This document shows positions 57,203 to 64,000 of a stretch of DNA of 64,000 nucleotides, piece by piece (position 1 is the stretch's first letter; each line of letters starts with the position of its first letter). The stretch is from Bdellovibrionota bacterium (GTDB lineage Bacteria; Bdellovibrionota_C; UBA2361; JBGSMV01): assembly GCA_044356455.1 (NCBI GenBank), contig JBIKWF010000005.1:21565-85564 (forward strand), in the 5' to 3' direction. The position numbers were made by a program, and so were the translations under genes. Below the pieces are notes generated by a model. That model was not told where the DNA came from and made no database searches. It worked only from the letters and a program-made list of their open reading frames with translations.

Positions 57203-60040
57203 GTGCTTCCATGGGCAACCATGGCCATATTCTTGTTCTTTCTTACCTGGATTCTCGTCTCATTACTTACCGATAGGCCTGAAATAGGGTTTGTCATTGC
57301 GGTGCTTAGCGTCTTTATTTTTCGGCAGGGCAAGAGAATTTCCCAGCTAGAAGATAGGCTTAAGGAACTAAAGCCTGAAGAGCTTCGGCCAAGAAGCGAG
57401 CCGCTTAAAATTCCAGACGCGCAAAAAGCTGCTGCGAGCCCTCCCGTTGTGCCGGTAACGCAGCCAAGACTTGAACCCGCGCGAGCTGAGGTAGCTTCTC
57501 GGCCACCGCAAAAAACAGAGTCATCCCAACAAGCGCCTTCTTGGAGCGCCGCCCCTCAGGCCACTAAAGCTGCCCCTTCGCGTCCAGCACAGGTGCCTGG
57601 CCCAACCTTTTCTGAAATGCTGGAGAGGACACTTGGGCCCTCTCTTGCGGGATTTGTCTTGCGCGGAAATCCAATTGCGCGCGTGGGCGTGGTTATCTTG
57701 CTCTTTGGTGTCGTGTTTCTGCTTAAGTTTGCCGCAGACGAGGGGTTTATCCCTATTGAACTTCGGCTCCTTGGCGCGGCTCTTGGGGCCTTTGTCCTGC
57801 TGGGGATAGGCTGGAAAAAGCGCGGAAGCAAACCCCAGATTGCCCTGACTCTTCAAGGGGCGGGCGCGGGAGTATTTTATGTAACTACCTTCATTGCCTT
57901 TAAGCTCTACCACTTTATTCCAGGTCCATTTGCCTTCGTGCTTCTTGTCGCAATAACCGTGCTCTCATCAGCTCTTGCAGTTCTTCAGAATGCGAGCGCC
58001 CTTGCGGTGCTTGCGATGATTGGAGCGTTTCTGGCCCCTGCGCTTACCTCCGAAGGCGGCGGGAATCATGTGCTCCTCTTTAGCTACCTCTCTCTTCTTA
58101 ATCTCGGAATTTTTGGTATCTGCCTCTTTCGCTCGTGGCGAGCAGTAAATCTCACGGGATTCTTTTTCACCTTTAGCCTTGCGGTGCTTTGGGGCGCCCG
58201 CGATTACCGAGCCGAGCTTTTCGCAACGACGGAACCCTTTCTGCTATTTTTTGTCATATTATACTCGGTCATCAATGTTGTTTTTTCACTACGTTCCACG
58301 GCGGACAAGCCTGGCGCGGTCGATACAATGATGACTTTCGGCACTCCATTTCTTGGAATGCTTCTTCAGTACCGGCTCGTATCCTCATTCGAATACGGAA
58401 TGGCCTTCAGCGCCGCCGGCTTTGGCGCATTCCATCTGGCCCTCGCACGCTACGCGTTTAACAAGGACCGAGCCAAGCTGCGATTTCTTATTGAGTCATA
58501 TTTTGCGGTGGGCCTCGCATTCTTGTCGCTTGCAGTTCCTTTCGCCTTTAGCGAGAGGCTTACTGCCGCGGTCTGGGCTCTTGAGGCCGTCGCGCTCCTC
58601 TGGAGCGGCATTCGGCAGAAGCACTTTCTTACGCGGATTGGTGGGCATGTGCTTCTGGTGTTGTCTTCCCTCGCGTTTCTTTCGGATGTTTCCTACGGCT
58701 CAACCGATGTGCCATTTCTAAATCCATTCTTTGTGAGCGTCGTGCTGTTGTGCGGTGCGTGTCTTTTTGCCGGAGCGCTCCTACGGAAGGCGAGCGACGC
58801 TGATATCTCAAGCTCGGAGAAACGCTGCGGAGTTGTTTATCTTTGTGCGGCGCTACTTTGGTGGTTCGGGGGTGGGTACGTTGAAGTATGGCGCCATCTC
58901 TCAGATTGGAATCTCTGGCTCACAAGAACTATTCCCTCGTTCACTTTTTACTGGATTCCCTTTGGGATCTTCGCGGACAGTCTTTTTGCCTCACTCTCCG
59001 TTCTTGGGTTCTGGGCGATCGCTCGCAGGTGGCGCATTTCAGGGCTCTCCTTAATTCGCCACCTTCTGCTTCCTGCGCATTATTTCGTCTTCTTGCTGCT
59101 CATGGTCGAGGGCTTCAACTTTACGGGTATTTTTAAAATACATCCCTTCAATAGTTTTGGTTTTATCTCGTGGCCCGTCCTTTTTGCGGTGCACTACTTT
59201 ATTTTGAAGCGAGAGGAGCAGGATTCTTCAGAGAAAATTCAGCCCATGTCTCACCTTCTGCCACTTTGGCTAGGCACCGCACTGGTGAGCTGGCAGGCGT
59301 TTTGGTTTGTGAATTATTTTGTCGAGGGCGGGGATAGCTGGCGCCTCGCCGCCCTGTCCTTGATGCCGGCCGTGGCACTCCTTGCAGTGAGTCGTGCGGC
59401 ATTTGCTGCTGGGCGCTGGCCCTTTTCAAGAGGTCGCTCGCTTTACCTTCAGGGTCTCTTGGTCCTGGCTGTGTGGAGTTTCTTCTGGCCTCTGCTGCTT
59501 AATCTTTGCTCTTCAGGGGATGCTCGTCCTCTTCCGTATGTTCCCCTTGTGCACCCCCTGGACCTTGCACAGATAGTGACGGTGGTCGCGCTCATACGCT
59601 GGTGGAAGAGGTCTGCTCTTGTCGAGGTAAATCTTCCCGTGAGTTCTTCCGCAGCCTCTGGCCTCCTCGGCGCTTCGCTCTTCGTGTGGTCGACGGCACT
59701 CTTGTTTCGGGCCTCACATCATTATGTAGGAATCCCCTGGGACCTAGATGCCTTGTTTGATTCAAGCTTCATCCAGTCGGCTCTTTCCATTTATTGGAGC
59801 GTTCTTGCGCTGGTGCTTATGCTTCTTGCGCACGCAAAGTCCTGGCGTCCAGTATGGAAGTTCGGCGCATTTTTGATTTTTGTCGTGGTGGTAAAACTGC
59901 TGCTTGTTGACATGTCCAATCAAGGGACCGTGGCCAGAATTTCTGCCTTTATGGGAGTCGGGCTGCTTATGCTTGTTATTGGGTACTTTGCGCCGATTCC
60001 GCCTGAGAAAATGCCGCCCGAGAAAGCGCAAAAGACTTAA
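57203..60040 (+). CDS. DUF2339 integral membrane protein
   Basis: GNPIARVGVVILLFGVVFLLKF, LQGAGAG, C-terminal VKLLLVDMS...ARISAFMGVG...GYFAP. Confidence 0.9.
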   Translation: MLPWATMAIFLFFLTWILVSLLTDRPEIGFVIAVLSVFIFRQGKRISQLEDRLKELKPEELRPRSEPLKIPDAQKAAASPPVVPVTQPRLEPARAEVASRPPQKTESSQQAPSWSAAPQATKAAPSRPAQVPGPTFSEMLERTLGPSLAGFVLRGNPIARVGVVILLFGVVFLLKFAADEGFIPIELRLLGAALGAFVLLGIGWKKRGSKPQIALTLQGAGAGVFYVTTFIAFKLYHFIPGPFAFVLLVAITVLSSALAVLQNASALAVLAMIGAFLAPALTSEGGGNHVLLFSYLSLLNLGIFGICLFRSWRAVNLTGFFFTFSLAVLWGARDYRAELFATTEPFLLFFVILYSVINVVFSLRSTADKPGAVDTMMTFGTPFLGMLLQYRLVSSFEYGMAFSAAGFGAFHLALARYAFNKDRAKLRFLIESYFAVGLAFLSLAVPFAFSERLTAAVWALEAVALLWSGIRQKHFLTRIGGHVLLVLSSLAFLSDVSYGSTDVPFLNPFFVSVVLLCGACLFAGALLRKASDADISSSEKRCGVVYLCAALLWWFGGGYVEVWRHLSDWNLWLTRTIPSFTFYWIPFGIFADSLFASLSVLGFWAIARRWRISGLSLIRHLLLPAHYFVFLLLMVEGFNFTGIFKIHPFNSFGFISWPVLFAVHYFILKREEQDSSEKIQPMSHLLPLWLGTALVSWQAFWFVNYFVEGGDSWRLAALSLMPAVALLAVSRAAFAAGRWPFSRGRSLYLQGLLVLAVWSFFWPLLLNLCSSGDARPLPYVPLVHPLDLAQIVTVVALIRWWKRSALVEVNLPVSSSAASGLLGASLFVWSTALLFRASHHYVGIPWDLDALFDSSFIQSALSIYWSVLALVLMLLAHAKSWRPVWKFGAFLIFVVVVKLLLVDMSNQGTVARISAFMGVGLLMLVIGYFAPIPPEKMPPEKAQKT

Positions 60041-60056
60041 TTCAATTAGGATAATT

Positions 60057-61472
60057 ATGACGCACGTACCTTGGCAAGTTCAGCTACGTAGTTCTGTGCT
60101 CGCCGCTCTCTTGTTTCTTCCTCAGGTGAGGCTTGGCTTCGCCGAGGATTCTCGCGCGTTGACTCCGCCAGATTTTGCATACTCTCGTAACCTTTCTAGC
60201 GAGGAGGGGGCATCTCTCATCGCGGCGGAATTGCCTGAGGAGATATATCAAAGCACGGTGCGCGAGGACCTCGGGGACCTGCGCGTATTTAATGCGCAAG
60301 GCGGGGTTGTTCCTCACGAGATTCGGCCTGCCGCGGTCGTTACTGAGAATTCGATTCGGCTTGCTACGGTAGCATTCTTCCCGATTCAAGGCGCCGCTTC
60401 TCCGGGCGAAGATACTGGTAACGCGATACAGGTTTCGGAAGACGCTTCTGGCAGAGTCGTCAGTGTGCAGTTCTCTGGCGCAGCTCCCAAGTCTGATTCT
60501 ACAGCTGATTCGCGGGGCTCCTGGTATTTACTTGATCTAAGGGGTAGTACGCAGCCTGTGCAGGCGCTCGTTTTGCAAGCTTCTGGTCTCCAGATTAATC
60601 AGATAGTGCCTGTCGGGATTGAAGCAAGCGATGACTTGCAGAAGTGGAGTAGGATTCAGTCTTCGGGAGTGCTTGCTCGCCTTGAGCACCAAGGACAAGT
60701 AATCGAACGAAGTCGCATTGAGTTTTCTTCTCAGAAAGCAAAATTCTTACGAGTGCGCGTAGGTGGTGCTGAGCCGGTCACGCTTGCGGGCGTAAGCGTG
60801 GAGATTGTCACCTCGGATGTTCGCAGTACTCCGATGCGATGGTCATCCTTTCAAGGAACGAAGGGAGACGAGGCGGCGCGTACCATACTCTTTGACTCAG
60901 CGAGCCATCTTCCGGCCCTGGCACTCAAAGTACGACTGCCCGTGCTGAATACCATGCTTCAGGTGCGAATTGAATCTCGCGCTGACGACACCCGGCCCTG
61001 GGTTCGAAGATTTTCGGGCTCTGTGTATCGCCTTGGCGCTGCAGGAGGGGAGATAGAAAGCCCTGAAGTGGAATTTGGAAGCATCGTTAAAGATAGGTTT
61101 TGGAGGATTGAGGTCCAAGGGCGAGATAGCTCGTTCGGTGAGACGCTTCCTGCTCTCTCCCTCGGGTGGCGTCCCGGGCGCGTACTCTTTCTTGCTCAGG
61201 GGGCAGGTCCCTTTCGACTTCTCTATGGTAGCGCAGACGTCTCAGCACCAGATTTCGGAATAGGAAGTCTTTTAAATACTACGGGGACATCGGCGGTGAT
61301 TGCAGAGGTCGGTTCTCGAGTAGAATCGGGCGGCGCTACGCGGTTGGTTCAAACTCCAGTTGTAGCGGAGATTCCGTGGAAGAAGTGGCTTCTTTGGGGA
61401 GTGCTTGTGGCCTTTGTGATAATGGTTGCAGCGATGGCGCGGAGCCTTTGGCGCGATCTCCAGAAAGAGTGA
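60057..61472 (+). CDS. DUF3999 family protein
   Basis: DLGDLRVFNAQG, SDDLQKW, FLAQGAGPFRLLYG, C-terminal anchor WLLWGVL; usual DUF2339 partner. Confidence 0.85.
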   Translation: MTHVPWQVQLRSSVLAALLFLPQVRLGFAEDSRALTPPDFAYSRNLSSEEGASLIAAELPEEIYQSTVREDLGDLRVFNAQGGVVPHEIRPAAVVTENSIRLATVAFFPIQGAASPGEDTGNAIQVSEDASGRVVSVQFSGAAPKSDSTADSRGSWYLLDLRGSTQPVQALVLQASGLQINQIVPVGIEASDDLQKWSRIQSSGVLARLEHQGQVIERSRIEFSSQKAKFLRVRVGGAEPVTLAGVSVEIVTSDVRSTPMRWSSFQGTKGDEAARTILFDSASHLPALALKVRLPVLNTMLQVRIESRADDTRPWVRRFSGSVYRLGAAGGEIESPEVEFGSIVKDRFWRIEVQGRDSSFGETLPALSLGWRPGRVLFLAQGAGPFRLLYGSADVSAPDFGIGSLLNTTGTSAVIAEVGSRVESGGATRLVQTPVVAEIPWKKWLLWGVLVAFVIMVAAMARSLWRDLQKE

Positions 61473-62092
61473 CGCGTAGCGATACCCCTGGTTCTTCTAT
61501 CCGCAGAAAAAGCGACGACTGCTTTACAGTAGAAAAATTTACCTGATTGTGAATTCCATCAATTCTCAATCGATTTGAGTGGATTCTCGCGAAGTGCTCG
61601 TACATTAATTTGAGACTCAACTTTGATTCCTCCGAGCAATTCTTTTTCTCACTCTAAAAATTTTCTTTCATACCAGGTGGAATAAGAACTTGGATCGCGT
61701 GATAATAGAGCCCTAGAAGGTGACTTCTTCGACTTGATCACGAGAAGGAGACGGTCAAGACCTTCTACATGGCGCTTGCATGAGGCAAGTGGATGTCTGT
61801 TTAGATTCTTGAGCAGTTAACCACAGGCCAATAGGCCGGGCATTTAGCCTCCTCACGCAAGCTCCGCTGGTATCTAGCAGGTGGTCTTGTGTTTGGGGTG
61901 AGTTTTCAATCTCCGCTCTTTCTTTTTTCCCGTTCTTTTTTTTGCTTGCCGAGAATTCGCGCTTCGCGAGCGTGGGGCGGTCTGCTTCGCTTTCCCTTGC
62001 TCCTCGCAGCTTTCCCACTCTGCGGGGAACGGAAACTTCGCAAAGTTTTTGTAAGAAAGTCCCCGATTTCCCGGGGCTATTTGGAGTAGTGT

Positions 62093-63574
62093 ATGTCAGG
62101 TGCTCGAACAGCCACTCGTGATTTCATAGTAGAGAATCAAGACTGGATAAAAGCTACGCTTCCCAGTTTTGGCTACGGTAGTAACAATTGGCATCATTCT
62201 TTTCCTATGGGCGAGGAACTGATGCCGCCCGAGATGCAAGATTTTCGGGACTATTGCAATGCCGCAATGCATGACCAGCGGCATACTGACGCCCCCCAGA
62301 AACCAAATGGACTGGTGGTCGGATGTAGTCGTATTCCACTAGTCGATATCTTCGGGGGACAGCCAGGGGAGTTGGCCGTAGTTTCTGGTCGCGCCGGTCA
62401 AATCTCTCCTGAGGGTGTTGCCAGCCTCAAGTATTTCCTCGGACTTGGAACTCCTGTTGTATTCGTCACGGTGCACTCGTGTACGGCAGAGGGCGTGTGC
62501 CGTAATGAGAAATTCGCTGAGCCCGATAACCGATGGGGCAAACGTGTAACGCTACCTCAAATTTCTGAGACGCCATCCGTCTCCGGCCTTGAAGTAAAAG
62601 ACTTTAATTTTAACCACGCGGCGGTTCCAGAAAAAGACAGGCTTCATGCGAGAAAACGGGCCCTTAAGGTAATTCTCAATTCCCCGGAAATAAGGGAGAA
62701 GATTGCGACAGGTAAGCTTCTTTTTCTTGAATCCTACTTTGAGGAGAAGACAGGAAAAGTGCACTGGCTTTCTTGCTGGCGTTCCTCGGATCCGCATTAT
62801 CACGTCGATAAGCTGGGCAACTTAGAGAAGGCTATTTCAAACCCGTCTCTTGATCCCAACCACCTGCACGAGATTAGCCCTTCAGTTCAGGCTTGGATCA
62901 AATCGATTCAAGCTAACAAACATTTTGCGGATGGATATGATCCCGCCCTGACGCGCCATACCGAATTTGTGGTCAATTTTTGTTCGGATGCGCGAGTGGG
63001 AAAGGCAGTGAAAGCGCCCTATGGGCTCATTGAAACCCACGCCAAAGCCGGCAATAGCCCGGACGACGGGATGTTTCACGGAATCTTAGATTCTTTTCGC
63101 AGGATGGAGCGACACTTTAGCACCGAGAAACATAGGCCCCAGGATCCCATAGGGCGCAAGCGGCGACCAGGGTACATTACTATTACCCATACCAAGTGCG
63201 GAATGGGAGGAGCCGCCGTTGATGCAAAACAGCATGGAGTATCCGGAGAGCATGCAAAGCACCCCGATCTACATGAGCTTGCAATGCCATTAATTGACAG
63301 GCTGGGAGTATATTTTGAGGATCACAAAGAACCAGAGAAGAGCGATCCTAAGCTTGCGCATCTGGCAGTAGTCAATGCGTTCACGGCGAACCTGAGAATT
63401 CTAACCAGTCCCGATCCCGACGCCGTAGAAATTCGCAAAATGGTACTTGATGACAGCGCGTTCCTAGGCCATGGGGTATTCTCAATAAAAAGAGGCCGGA
63501 CGAATCTCTACCCACCATTTACGAGGGACTTTGTGATTAAGTTGCAGAAAGACTTCCCGCTGTGGTTTAGCTAA
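62093..63574 (+). CDS. Tandem beta-carbonic-anhydrase-like protein
   Basis: Domain 2 has CSDARV...AGN...HTKCG; domain 1 is degenerate (GCSRIP...AGQ...HSCTA...SPEIREKIATGKL...TGKVHWL). Confidence 0.65.
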   Translation: MSGARTATRDFIVENQDWIKATLPSFGYGSNNWHHSFPMGEELMPPEMQDFRDYCNAAMHDQRHTDAPQKPNGLVVGCSRIPLVDIFGGQPGELAVVSGRAGQISPEGVASLKYFLGLGTPVVFVTVHSCTAEGVCRNEKFAEPDNRWGKRVTLPQISETPSVSGLEVKDFNFNHAAVPEKDRLHARKRALKVILNSPEIREKIATGKLLFLESYFEEKTGKVHWLSCWRSSDPHYHVDKLGNLEKAISNPSLDPNHLHEISPSVQAWIKSIQANKHFADGYDPALTRHTEFVVNFCSDARVGKAVKAPYGLIETHAKAGNSPDDGMFHGILDSFRRMERHFSTEKHRPQDPIGRKRRPGYITITHTKCGMGGAAVDAKQHGVSGEHAKHPDLHELAMPLIDRLGVYFEDHKEPEKSDPKLAHLAVVNAFTANLRILTSPDPDAVEIRKMVLDDSAFLGHGVFSIKRGRTNLYPPFTRDFVIKLQKDFPLWFS

Positions 63575-63601
63575 GAGGTGATTTGGCAGCCATCGGCGGG
63601 C

Positions 63602-63867
63602 CGGTGGTATGGTGCCACCCACTTTTTTTATCCGCACAGGAAACTTTCCTCCCGAAATTTCGATTACTCCAGCAGTCTTTTTATCTAGGCTTCTGGTGCT
63701 ACATGCCGCGAGGACGCCGCTATTTCGAGTCAGGCGGTGGTATGGTGCCACCCACTTTTTTTATCCGCACAGGAAACTTTCCTCCCGAAATTTCGATTAC
63801 TCCAGCAGTCTTTTTATCTAGGCTTCTGGTGCTACATGCCGCGAGGTCGCCGCTATTTCGAGTCAGG
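63602..63867 (+). repeat. 133-bp tandem duplication (two copies, one mismatch)
   Basis: 63602-63734 and 63735-63867; each starts with the hairpin GGTGGTA-TGG-TGCCACC and ends about 10 codons into the transposase-like ORF. Confidence 0.92.
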
Positions 63868-64000
63868 GAACCTCTACGAGGTAACATTTAGGGCCACCGA
63901 AGGGCTCCCTCTGCCTGCTCGCCCCATCATCGAGACCCTCATAAAAAGCGCACTGGCCCGCGCTCAGCGAGATCAAAAGGTTACCCTCGTTGATTTCGTG
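63836..64000 (+). mobile_element. Putative REP-associated (RAYT / IS200-like Y1) transposase, 5' part only
   Basis: Manual translation MPRGRRYFESGNLYEVTFRATEGLPLPARPIIETLIKSALARAQRDQKVTLVDFV resembles RAYT N-termini; the HUH motif would fall just outside the window. Confidence 0.55.

Noticed and set aside
61473..62092. ncRNA or riboswitch in the 620-bp intergenic gap
   Set aside because: No recognisable RNA motif or strong hairpin; the short ORFs there look spurious. An Rfam scan would be needed.
63865..63875. AGGGAACCTCT as another MITE end
   Set aside because: Only 11 nt match, it lies inside the transposase-like frame, and it has no YTAG flank or partner TIR.
63583..63891. ORFs 63583-63891, 63609-63821 and 63482-63751, or a CRISPR array
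   Set aside because: These frames are by-products of the 133-bp tandem duplication; there are no unique spacers and no cas genes.

Overview
A gene-dense 64 kb window of bacterial chromosome at roughly balanced GC. Gene content (DUF1302/DUF1329/RND cluster, DUF2339-DUF3999, Tad-like protein) suggests a Gram-negative organism, plausibly Bdellovibrionota/deltaproteobacterial-like; that placement is inference only. Housekeeping genes (msrA, an rlmD-like methyltransferase, tpx, troABCD-type Mn/Zn ABC genes, class III fbp, tatD, holB, tmk, sufB) are interleaved with orphan ORFs. The most striking signal is two stand-alone flagellin genes (21241-23112 and 37994-39847). In each, the hypervariable centre is replaced by exactly seven FG-GAP/VCBS Ca-binding repeats, predicting an integrin-alpha-like 7-bladed beta-propeller on the filament surface. 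Other notable structure: a dispersed ~105-130 bp MITE family with IS5-like TIRs and YTAG targets; GTAG-type REP-like repeats and a RAYT-like transposase at the right edge with a 133-bp tandem duplication of its leader; a diverged, still-open duplicate of the troD 3' end bracketing a 2.4 kb insertion; a tandem beta-carbonic-anhydrase-like protein with one degenerate domain; a stand-alone MetG C-terminal domain inside an interrupted tmk-holB...tatD cluster; a TadC/TadB-like fusion; and a divergent SAM halogenase/hydrolase family protein. No rRNA, tRNA or CRISPR array was recognised. All product calls come from motif recognition by eye, with no database searches.
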